A stretch of 63,911 nucleotides of DNA, filler included, from Dugesia japonica (taxonomy: Eukaryota), in assembly GCA_001938525.1 (NCBI GenBank). It is 6 parts of 6 records of this genome, joined end to end, with 100 filler letters (N's around TTAATTAATTAA, not from the genome) between each part and the next. Parts side by side here need not be neighbours in the genome. Positions count along the whole stretch, not along the records: positions 26,236 to 36,469 come from MQRL01514425.1; positions 36,570 to 46,100 come from MQRL01609589.1; 4 more parts are not named here. One strand, 5' to 3'. A program made the position numbers and the translations under genes. The notes beneath the pieces are model-generated. The model searched no databases. It saw only the letters and a program-made list of their open reading frames with translations, and was not told the origin of the DNA. Shown piece by piece: positions 26,597-37,683 of the stretch; positions within the stretch are counted from its first letter, which is position 1, and every line of letters begins with the position of its first letter.

Positions 26597-28101
26597 ATGA
26601 TATATATTTACTTCATTTTGGGATTATTGATTATCTTGTACTACTTTTATGGATTTCAAAAGAGAAATTCGATACCAAGAGGACTTAAAGAGACTCCAAT
26701 AGAATATGGACTTCCAATTCTCGGAATAATACACAAGATCAAAGAACCTATGCACAATTATTTATTAAAACTATCAGAAAAACATGGACCAATATTTAGA
26801 ATAAAGTTAGGAATGAGAGAAGTTGTAATCCTTAGTAATTATCAAATAATCAAGAAAGCATTTGTAGATGATGGACTAAACTTTTCCGGACGATGGAGAA
26901 TGAAATTAATTTCACTTATTACTCATGATTCAGGAATAATTTTCAAAGATGGACACGATTGGTCTACACAAAGGTCATTTGTTCTCAAGGTTCTTCGGGA
27001 TTTCGGATTAGGCAAATCTAAATCAGTTGATTTAGTTCAAAATGAATGTTCATTTTTATTGGAAGAATTAGAATCACTTGAAGGGAAAATTATTGATTTT
27101 TCAAAGATTATACCGATTTATACAGCAAATATCATTTCTAAATTTATTATGAATAAAAGATTTGAACGAGAAAATCCGAAAATTGCCAAGATTGAAAAAA
27201 TGTTAAGTGAAGAAATCAAAAAAAAAGACATAATTCAACTGCTGCATATTATGTTTCCAAAATGTGATACATCAGGACTATTTTGTGAATTAATTATCAA
27301 TTTTACGTCAAAATGGAAAGAATTTTTAGAAATTCAAGATTATTTTAAGGAAGAAATTGATGAGCATTTGAAAACAATTGATTTTAATTGTGAAGGTGAA
27401 GATTTGATGGATCGATTTTTAATTAAACAGAATCAATTGAAACAACAAAATGGTGATGTTGCATCTTTCACTGAATGGCAATTAATACGAAATTCAGTAG
27501 AATTATTTATTGCTGGATATGAGACAACATCAACAACTCTTTGTTGGTCGTTTTTATTCATGTCNNNNNNNNNNNNNNNNNNNNNNNNNNNNNNNNNNNN
27601 NNNNNNNNNNNNNNNNNNNNNNNNNNNNNNNNNNNNNNNNNNNNNNNNNNNNNNNNNNNNNNNNNNNNNNNNNNNNNNNNNNNNNNNNNNNNNNNNNNNN
27701 NNNNNNNNNNNNNNNNNNNNNNNNNNNNNNNNNNNNNNNNNNNNNNNNNNNNNNNNNNNNNNNNNNNNNNNNNNNNNNNNNNNNNNNNNNNNCATTTCGA
27801 TCATGATATTTGGGAGAAACCGATGATATTTTATCCTGAACATTTTTTAACTGAAGATGATACTGGGAATGTAAAATACACACCAAGAGATGAATTGATG
27901 CCATTTGGTATTGGTAAACGACAATGTCTAGGAGAATCTCTAGCTAGAATGGAATTCTTTATTTTCTTTACGAGTATTTTACAACGTTTTAAAGTGAAAT
28001 TAGCAAAAGATTTAAATGAGAAAGAATATGAAGAAGCAATTCTCGGAAAAGATGGAATTATTCGAGGATCAATTGTTAATGATTTCATTTTCACTAAATA
28101 A
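26597..28101 (+). CDS. Cytochrome P450, CYP2 clan, apparently intronless (gap 27565-27791)
   Basis: N-terminal membrane anchor MIYIYFILGLLII, LPILG, KHGPIF, WSTQR (WxxxR), LRDFGLGK, I-helix AGYETT, PEHF, and heme motif PFGIGKRQCLG. The gap length roughly fits the missing K-helix segment. Confidence 0.95.
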
Positions 28102-28499
28102 AATTTATATCAGGCATATTGAAAATAAATTATTTAACAAAGTCTGTTGTCTGCTGACTCACTATGCTACTAATTAAATTCTTTTAGATATTAAATGACA
28201 ACCTCAGAGTAAATGTTCTGAGTTTTGATAACAAAATTAGTAACAATCTGATGTTTAAATAAACTCTAGAATTTATGTTAGAACTTATTTTAAAACTTAA
28301 ACTTATTTTTGATATTCAATAATTGAGTTTTCTGGTAGGATTGGAATTCATTCCAGTAGTTGATTAAATTTATATTTGGTGGAGCGAAGAATCGCCTCGA
28401 GGCATACCCACAACTTGAATCCATAAAAATGAAGTGATGCTCTTTGTTTGTGTGGCTGGTGAGGATTTATTTCTTTGAGCTACTTTTTCCGTCTGTGTA

Positions 28500-29000
28500 A
28501 AACGTCCTGTCCTTATTTGCGAAAACTGAGTCAAGTGATTATTGATTCATCTATTTGAGTCAAACATTCTGCATTTCAAAGAATGTAGCATGGAGTCAAA
28601 TGAATGAAATTAGGACGGAGCTAGATCAAGTTAAGTAACACATCCAATTTCTGAGTTGCCAAGCATGTGTGAGGTGTGGCATTGTCATACTGATTTACTA
28701 ATTTTCATCTGTTCGCCAATGTTGGCCTCTTTATCTTGACTCATTCATTCAATTTATATAGTTATTGACAATAAACCTCGGAAATATTAATTTGATTGCT
28801 CCTTGACAGTCCAATCAAACAGAGATAATCACATTCTTTTCTTGGATTTCAGTATTGAATGTTTTGAAGTGATTCATCTGTCTTGTTCTATGACAATTTG
28901 AAACATTTGTTTCTATTAGTAACCAGTTTTCATGATCCGCATAGTTGTTTTCAGGAATGGCTGTTTTTTTCACGTTTTAATAACAGATCGCTGATATAAG
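28500..29000 (-). pseudogene. Mariner (DD34D-type) transposase remnant
   Basis: Minus-strand QYDNATPH and DLAPS*FHSFDSM, matching HDNARPH and YSPDLAPSDYHLFRSM. Confidence 0.7.
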
Positions 29001-31172
29001 TGCGATGAATAAAACCCTTTTCTTTGAGAAAGCTTAGAATGAGAATATCAAACTTTGCGACATAATTAAAATGTTTTTGATGAGTCGAATAAAACAGATT
29101 TCATGTCTTTCTAATGATGGTAATTTTATTTTAATAAAGTCATCAGATTTGATTGATATTCCAGAAAACCTTGATTTTCACCATGAAAGAAGTGCTTTTT
29201 AACAATAGNTCTCTATGCAATGTATATATGAATTTTGATTCACTTTCCGATGAATTGAAACTATCCCCCTTAAAGTCAAGATATTGGTTTAAACCATTTG
29301 TTTTAAATATATCTTCAATGATATGTTTTCTACTTTTAATTCTCTATCGACTGATATCAAGATCTTGACAACTGTATTGGAAATAATTTGATGAAGACCG
29401 TTTTAACAATTTGTTTTTTAAATCGTTTTTTTTACTTTTTACTTTTGTGTTTGACTAATATCTAAACTGCGCCATACTGCTTGCCATAGAATTTTGCATC
29501 AGATTGCCAAAAATTCGTTTTCATAACACCTCTGTTTTAACCGCTATTGAGGAGAGTCTATGTAATATATTTTCGGATTTGTGCGGAAATTAAGGACTTT
29601 ACAGTAGTAGCCTTTTAGGCAATGCATAAGCATATTTTAATTCTCTATCGAATGGTTTAAGTTTTAAGTGAAAAATTTGTGGTTGTATGCTGTTTTTAAA
29701 TTGTAAAATTTTAATAATTTCTTGCCCTTACATTCTATTACATATATAATTATGTTTGAATCTAGCCTAATAGAAACCCTACAAATACATTACAAGCACA
29801 CAAACATATAAAAACATATTCACAAATAAAAAACATTCAACAGTTCATACCCAACGTACTCAATCAGATCAATGCTCATCAATTCATAAATAAGACCAAT
29901 GCAGAAATCAAAGTTCAAAAGTTCAGAATTATATGATATATGACTTTGCGGGTTCCCAAAAGTAGTGAGAAAAAAAGGCGCAAATACAAAAGGTTGGGTC
30001 ACGGTTCACATGGCAACCGTATCAAAACCATGATCGTGACCGTTTCCATGACAACCGGACGAAGTATGGATTTATTGATTTTCCGCGGTAACTAAAGGCA
30101 GAAAATTATTGAGTAATATGTATCTGAGATTGCCGTATCTATGGAAAATGTATCTATGGAAAAAACAAAACTTTTCTTTAGATTTTTGAAAATTTTTAAA
30201 ATGTGAAAAACTTTAGAAAAATATTTTGAGTCTTATGATAACTTTTAGATTTTTTTCTGACCTTGGTTACCAAGAATGGGGCGGTTGTCATGGTAACATG
30301 CAAAGATATTTTCATCGATTTTTCTCAACAACTAAGAGGAATAAAGTAGCGTTAATTGCTGAACTATCTGTACCTTTTGTGCCAGCGTCCAGATCACCTG
30401 ATTTTATGACAGGAAAAACTGAAAATATATCAAGATTTTTGGTTGTTTTTAAAAATTTCTATTTTGAATAATGAAAAGAACTGTCAATCGATGACCAAAC
30501 CCCATTGACGACTCTTTTTGAATAGTATCAAAAAGCATTGCCGATAAAATTAATAGAAAATAATAATCATTGAACTGAACAAGAAATTATGGTCCACAGA
30601 ATGTATATAACAATGAAAAAATACAGGAGATGATGACTGGAATTAACAATAACAACATCAGTTTCATGTAGCTGTACAGATTTCTTTTTGTAATTGTTTT
30701 ATAAATATAATTTTTTTTATTAAATATAGTTTCATTTAAAAAGTTATAAAAAGTTATAAAATTGTAATTAAAAAAATAATAAATTATAAAATATAATAAA
30801 TTTATAATAAATGTTGTTAAATATAGTTTTTATAAAAGTTTAATACAGGCATGATGCAAATGCAATACACACACAATGCAGATACAATACATGTAATAAA
30901 TAATTTAACCATAGCAAATTTTGATCAATAAAATCAATTAAGTAAAATAATATATAAGTAACGGTCATAACTTATTTTATCATAATTGTGAAACGCTGAA
31001 TAAAAACTCTCAGTACATTGCTGTTGATGATGAAAGAAAGCCAGTTGAAGATGCCATGGAAAAACTGCAAACATATACTGAAAGTGGAAGAAAGGTCAAA
31101 TACATACTATGTCTAATGAGCCGATTAAAAGGTATGCTTGATTTTTCTAGTCAATTTGATGAACAATCATGA

Positions 31173-31660
31173 ATGATGCAAAATTCAAGAAAATTAACTT
31201 TTGAAGAAATATTTGGTGAGAAAATACGAAATAATGAAGGTTTTCTTTTGGTATTGTATTACTACTTCATTAATTTTATTTACTTTAAGGAAATTTCAAT
31301 CATACAGTGACATACCGCGGTTATGAAATGGCATTTCTCAAAGAATATAAATCATTTCTTTTACCAGATGCAGTCAAGTTGCAAAATGTTAAATTTGGTT
31401 ATCTAATATTGCAATTGGCAGATAAGAATTTACAATTCTTTAAAGATAAATTGAGTCAATTTAATATGGAAATAGAAATAAACATTCCAATGAAAAGATC
31501 ATTTTACATGAGAGCAACAGATTTTAATTGGTATGATACAACTGGAAAAATACGTATTCATACACAAGTTGGGACGGTTAAAATTAAGCTTTTACTCCAA
31601 GAATACAAAATAAAAAAATGAAATCAAAATTCCCATATGGAGATTGTTAGACGTGTTTGA
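31173..31660 (+). pseudogene. Spliced orphan cargo gene (exon 31173-31239, intron 31240-31289, exon from 31290)
   Basis: Removing a 50-nt GT..AG intron joins MMQNSRKLTFEEIFGEKIRNNEG to NFNHTVTYRGYEMAF...QEYKIKK. A shifted frame continues EIKIPIWRLLDVFDC. Confidence 0.5.
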
Positions 31661-31785
31661 TTGTTAATTATTTTTAGAAAATGTTGTTGTTTTACAAATA
31701 TAGTATTTTGTATATATTTGTTTTTAATAAGCATGTTTTCATAGTAGAGAAAAAATAAATCCAAAATATTTATTAAACAATTTAT

Positions 31786-32045
31786 TTAACAATTATTTGA
31801 ACAATAATCGTTTTCATCATCATCATCATCTGTAATGTTTTTATCATTCACAATGTTTTCTTTAAAATTCATATCATTTTCCTCTTCTTCAAGTGATGCA
31901 AGTTTCAGTACTTCATCAATTATTAGAGTTGCATATTTTTTAATAATGAATAAAATTTGTTTTTCCCCTGCAATATTCATGTTTTCAAAGCATTTTCAAT
32001 CAGTATATTGATTTTGTTTATGGTCAAAAAAGTATAAATAGACCG
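31786..32045 (-). pseudogene. Orphan cargo ORF with acidic tail
   Basis: YLYFFDHKQNQYTD*KCFENMNIAGEKQ...DDDDDENDYCSNNC, divergent from the TBP-like gene. Confidence 0.35.
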
Positions 32046-32071
32046 AAATAAGTCACTTTTATTTTGTAATT

Positions 32072-32368
32072 ATGTTGTCAAATATAAATGATAAAGGTTA
32101 TACCACTGAAAATTTAAATAGTCTTTAATTTAGTTATAAACCAAAACAATGTGTATTAAATTATTCCGATTTAACAATAATTATATTTCCAAATGGAAAA
32201 TGTAGAATAATGGGTTGTAAAATACCATTAGAAAACAAAGAACTTACATTCAATACAATTGTCAAAGAACTAAAATCGGTGACGGTGAACGCTTCCTCAC
32301 AGTTGTCAATAAATTTACAGAAATTGGCTGAAACATCAAATTGCATATATGAACAAGAAATGTATTAG
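32072..32368 (+). pseudogene. Divergent TATA-box-binding-protein (TBP)-like gene
   Basis: MLSNINDKGYTTENLNSL*FSYKPKQCVLNYSDLTIIIFPNGKCRIMGCK...KSVTVNASSQLSINLQKLAETSNCIYEQEMY. By eye this aligns to TBP TALIFSSGKMVCTGAK and NxVGSCDVKFPIRLEGL...SSYEPELF. There is one in-frame stop at 32126. Confidence 0.7.
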
Positions 32369-32607
32369 ATGTAATAAATTAAATGTATTAACCTTTTTGT
32401 TATGTCTTGTTTTATATTTAATAGAATTTATATGTAAATAATTAAATCATGTAATACATATACATGATATATCCAAGACATAAGCAATGTAGATGCAATT
32501 TATACATCAATATTATTGATTAGACAGACTTATATATAAAGAATATATATATATAAAGAATATATATAAAGAAAAGTTATAATTCATTTTTTTATAATTT
32601 TATAACA

Positions 32608-33296
32608 ATGATGAAAATGGATGATTTTGAAAGTAAAATGGTGGAGAAGGAAAAAGAAAATATCTTAAAATTATGTAACCAGCAACAACAACATCAGCGA
32701 GAAACACAAACGACCAGTAAGTATCTATTCCAACTTAACTCAATTCTCGCCAACAATATGGACAAATATCTACGTGATTGTAGATATTTTATTTCTGAAA
32801 AAAATTATAAAAGTGATTCCAGAACATAAATACCATCGAAAGAAATTTGAAAGATTAAGTGACTGGGAAATATTAGAATATAGATATTTATTAGAAAAGG
32901 ATATTGAAAGAGGAATTCGTGCTGTGAATCAAATAAAATAAAATAATGATAATAAATTTAAATATTATTTAACAGGTTCCATTGTTAGCAATGTTGTTAC
33001 AAGAAAGAAAAAAACGAAGAGAACCCCAATTTTCATATCGGATGGGTACCACATAAAANTTATCAAAAATAGTCGAAGGGTTGGACTTTGCGCTCAAACT
33101 TAGTATAATAGAAAATATGTTAAAAAAATCTAATACAGAAAAACCGTACAATCCGCATGAAACAGTTCAACAGCAAAACATATTTAATCTTCAAATAGTA
33201 TCGGGTGCATTACAATCGGTGAAAAGATGCGATTTACTTCGAGATGGAGAAATTAGAGATTTAAGTAATAATATTAATAAAAATAAACAACTTTAA
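32608..33296 (+). pseudogene. Orphan cargo gene, frameshifted and possibly spliced
   Basis: MMKMDDFESKMVEKEKEN.../KYHRKKFERLSDWEILEYRYLLEKDIERGIRAVNQ/ then, after an AACAG acceptor, VPLLAMLLQERKKRREPQFSYRMG...ALKLSIIENMLKK. Confidence 0.4.
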
Positions 33297-34743
33297 TATT
33301 ATTATTATTNNNNNNNNNNNNNNNNGTTTCAATCATTTATTAATTGAAGACAAAGATAGTGAACATCGGCCATCATGTTTTTAATATAAATAAATATTTA
33401 AAATTGTTTTGTTTTTTGAACATTATAATAGAATAGTTTTTAAAATTTTATGGAATAGATTTTAAATAAAAGTAAAATTAATAGTAAATTCAAATTAAAT
33501 TATTTATGTTCTAGTTTTTGGACATTTAAAATAATCAAAAAAAAGAAAATTTCATATTTTTCAAATTTTTTCCAATATTTCTATTGACAAAAAATTGTAG
33601 ATTTTAGAACAAAACAATTTTTAAAAAAACTATATGGCAAAACGCTCAAAAACATTGGAGGACGCGAGGACAGAAATTTTGGAACGTTATATCGTTACCA
33701 TTATTTAAAATAGAAATTTTTTAAAAACGACCAAAAATCTTGATATATTTTTCTCAATTTTTTGACATTTTAAAATATTTTGTAAAATAAAAATTTTTGT
33801 TTTAAATTTTTCAAAAAAGATTTTTTAAAAAATATTAAAAAAAATTTTCTTATCAAAAAATCAGGTGATCTGGATGCTGACACAAAAGGTTCAGATAGTT
33901 CAGCAATTAGCGCGACTTTATTCCTCTTAGTTGTTGAGAAAAATCGATGAAAAAATATCTTTGCACGTTACCATGACAACCGTCATATTCTTGTTAACCA
34001 AGGTCAGAAAAAAATCTATATTCCCTTACAAAAGTATTTCTCAAAAAAATATATGGTAAGTCACCTAAAAACTTTGGAGGACGCGAGGATATGAACTTTG
34101 GAACGTTATATCGTCATCGGTATTCTATAGAAAAATTTCAAAAAATTATAATTAGACTCAAAGTATTTTTCTAAAATTTTTCATATTTTAAAACTTTAAA
34201 AAATCGAAAAAATATTTTTTTTTTCAGAAAAATTTCGAAAAAAAATACAATAAAGTTTTTGGTTGCTATTGCAACAGTTGCCATAGATACGGCCACCTCG
34301 GGTACACATTACACAATAAGTTTTCGCACAACATTTCCCTTAGTTACCGTGCAAAATTGTAAAAAAATTGTAAATAATGCCGAAATCGCAAATCTGATTG
34401 TTTATTTGATAATGAAAATTTTTTTTACTAGATTGTATGTTTTAATGAAAAATTGCATTATGTAATTGTAACCGTTTATTTTATTATGGGAAATTTTAAT
34501 GATATTTTATTTAAATTTTGGAAAAATGGTGTAAATTTAATAAACAATAATTTCAATAATAGATGGCTAACACTAAGCCAACTCATGTTGGATTATTATA
34601 AATGCTAATTACATTTTAGTTTTTTTCATTCAACAGTTTTCCACTGAGACCTTCCCGAAGCTGCTAAATAAATTGTTGTTTTTGTATCTTTATATACCCT
34701 TAATAAAAACGTTTGCTAAAAGGTATTTATTACTTTTAAAAGT

Positions 34744-34780
34744 CAATTCCTGAAGAAAACTAAGTCGAAATATCGAATTG
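34744..34780 (+). ncRNA. Minimal type I hammerhead ribozyme in a Penelope-like pLTR
   Basis: CAATTC-CTGAAGA-AAAC TAA GTC-GAAA-TATC-GAATTG: perfect 6-bp stem I, intact CUGANGA/GAAA core, and stem II with one mismatch. Confidence 0.7.
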
Positions 34781-36469
34781 TTATCAAATATCAATAAAAA
34801 AAACAAAAATTTGATCGAAGCTGTTTTAATAAATGAACTCTGTAAAACGATCAATGGTTATGTGCAACAATTATTCTTACAATAATTGCAATTGTAAAAT
34901 ATTTAATACTTATTTATATAAGATCGAATAGATATATTAGTTATATATAAAACATATTCTTTCTTAATTATATCTTTATATAATATTTGTATCAATACAT
35001 TCACAAGTTAAATCATAAAATCGAAAATACCCTTAAAATAAACTAAATATTATACAGATACTTATCATAGTATAATTTTTTTTTGAAATAGTTTTAAAAT
35101 TCAAAACATAAATATGTTGTTGAGTAGAAATACCCAACAAATACACCATAATGTTTGTCATCGTCTTATAGCCATTCTGTAACTAGACTTTTACCCGTTT
35201 TTTTAAAATTAAAAACTTTAAAAATTTATTTGCTTTTGTTATTGTTATTGAAAAAAGAAACTTGGGTTTACTAAAATTTATTTTAAATCTACACAAATCA
35301 ATTAATATTATTAAAACACATATCCCAGTCTTTAAGATATTCCATTCATATTTTCTAACTAACAGTATAGATTTCGATTCTAAACTTTTATCCTCTTCTA
35401 CCGAGGCGTTAAAATGTTAGTGTTCAAGTGCGGCATTTATAATAAAAGTTAGTTTTTTTTATTTTATGTTAACCTTTAAATGAAATTTTATAAAATGTAT
35501 TAAACTTTTTTTTCCAGAATGTTGTACAAAGTACAAACATTATTGTACAAATCGGACTCATAAAGGCGACTGTCATAGTACTATGGAGAGATACTATGCA
35601 CAATATTTTTATGAGGAAAAGTATTACATATGTTCATCATGTATGTATATAGAAATAGGTTAATATTTAGACTTTTATAGGTTGCATACAGAACATTAGG
35701 GGCAGTTTACAATAAATAAGAAACAATTATTAAGGATGATATTAGATAAAGAGTTAGATGGTCCACCAACGAAAAAAACAAAAAAAAGATGTTATCTAAG
35801 ATGGAGAAATCTCTACTTTCTGTAAACTAAAACCTCAAATTTACGAAAAAGGAAGAGTTTGTTAAAACTAGCTCTTTAGGCAATGTATAAACAGTTTTCA
35901 ATTGTCTGTTAAATGATTTAAGTTGTAAGTTTTTAAATTTTAAAATGACGACTGTAGGCCATTATTAAATTGGAAATCTTTAATAGCTTTTTACTCAATT
36001 GTTCGATTGAAAATTTAACCACAGNATATAGTTTCTCTTTTTAACTCACATCTAAATTTTAAAAAAATTTCAAAAAACAAAAAGTAGAAAAAAAAATCAA
36101 ATTACAAATTTAAACAAAAAGTTGACATTGACCCACTAATGATTGTCATGTAAATAACTTTGACATGTCATTTTTATCTTACCAGAAAGGAGTTTTGTTC
36201 AAGTGTGCTAGGATCTGTCTATTATAATTATTCAAGGTCATGTCGTTTCAATGTGATGTTAATCCCAATTTTACTATAGGTAAACTTTTTACAATAGTTT
36301 CTGAAGAAACGAGTTGGACTTCTAGAAATAATGCAGATTAAATTAATCAAAACTAGAACAACAAAAAGAAATATTTCTTACCAATAAATGTGCATAAAAT
36401 GAAAACAAGAAGCTAAATGTTTGACCTTTCAAACGAAATATTTTCACCTGTAATCAAATTTCAAAATAT

Positions 36470-36569
36470 NNNNNNNNNNNNNNNNNNNNNNNNNNNNNNN
36501 NNNNNNNNNNNNNTTAATTAATTAANNNNNNNNNNNNNNNNNNNNNNNNNNNNNNNNNNNNNNNNNNNN
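36470..36569. other. Artificial contig linker
   Basis: N44-TTAATTAATTAA-N44. Confidence 0.97.
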
Positions 36570-37421
36570 ATATTTGTAAAATATATTTTTAATAAATATA
36601 TTAAATTTGTTTAAGTTTAATATTATTTAAAAATATAAATTGGGAATGTCAAGTTTTGAAATAAGCGTTTAAAAAGCAAGAAGAATTTCAAAGAAGAATT
36701 ATTTGTATTTTAAATAAAGTATTGAATCAAAAGTCATTTTTTAGTTGTTTGAAATGAAGAAAACAAATAAAACTAACACTTTATGTGAAATGTCCGTGTA
36801 TCACATTTCTGACATCGTTGTTTCGATCGTGTTGCATAATAATATATAGAAAACTAACAAAAGTTAAAAGTGAGTATTTCATTAAAATAAGTATTTAAAT
36901 ACCACGTTTACAAATAAAACATTTCTTTAAATTTTATTGCCAAAAATGAAACCTTAAAAATTTAATATTGATAGAAATTATATTTTTAATTAAAAAGAAT
37001 TTTGCCAAAATGCAAAAAATCTGAAATTGAAGCAGACACATCCTGACAAATTAGACTGCTTTGTCAGCTTAATTCTAATTTGAAAGTGCAATTATAAAGC
37101 GATTGTTTATTTTTAAAAAATGTCTTTGATTGTTTTTAAGATTATATTCTTCGAAAATAGAAAAAATAATTTTTCTAGTAAAAAATTAAAAATCTAATAT
37201 ATTATTGTTTAAATACAGAAATTAATAATAGTGAACAAACCATTAACGTTTTGCCTATAAAGATGCAAAATGGAAACAGAAATATAGAATATCTACAAAA
37301 AAACATTCAATTTAGATGGCTTAGATTTATGTAAACGAATTAATTATTTTGATTATTGTGAAAATTACACTTTGTGTAATTATTCACTTTTTACAAATTT
37401 TTAACCATTGATCTGTGAAAT

Positions 37422-37683
37422 AAAAAAATTAAATATTTTCAAAATTTCGAAATAAACTAAGGTGTACATCAAAAATGTTTCTTTTAAAAATTTTTATTAA
37501 AGTAACAAAATCTTTTTCAAAAAACATTTTTTATTTTACCAAATTTTTGATTTTATCTTCTTTAGGAAATCGAAAATTTGGAAAAAATAAAATTTTTTTT
37601 AAATTTAATAAAATTTTTTTGAATTTTTTTTTGATCTACGGGATAGTTTATTTTCGTAATTTTGAAAATATTTAATTTTTTTT
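37422..37683. repeat. ~40-bp inverted repeat pair (foldback/MITE-like)
   Basis: AAAAAAATTAAATATTTTCAAAATTTCGAAATAAACTA ... TAGTTTATTTTCGTAATTTTGAAAATATTTAATTTTTTT. Confidence 0.6.

Larger units (their letters stand above)
29961..34360. mobile_element. Long-inverted-repeat cassette with a Maverick-type left terminus and non-core cargo genes
   Basis: Starts AGTAGTGAGAAAAAAAGGCGCAAATAC. The arm ~30078-30473 is inversely repeated at ~33700-34355. The internal ORF remnants include a TBP-like gene. The right terminus is not visible. Confidence 0.7.

Noticed and set aside
27565-27791. Apparent frameshift in the P450
   Set aside because: Falls within an estimated-length N gap.
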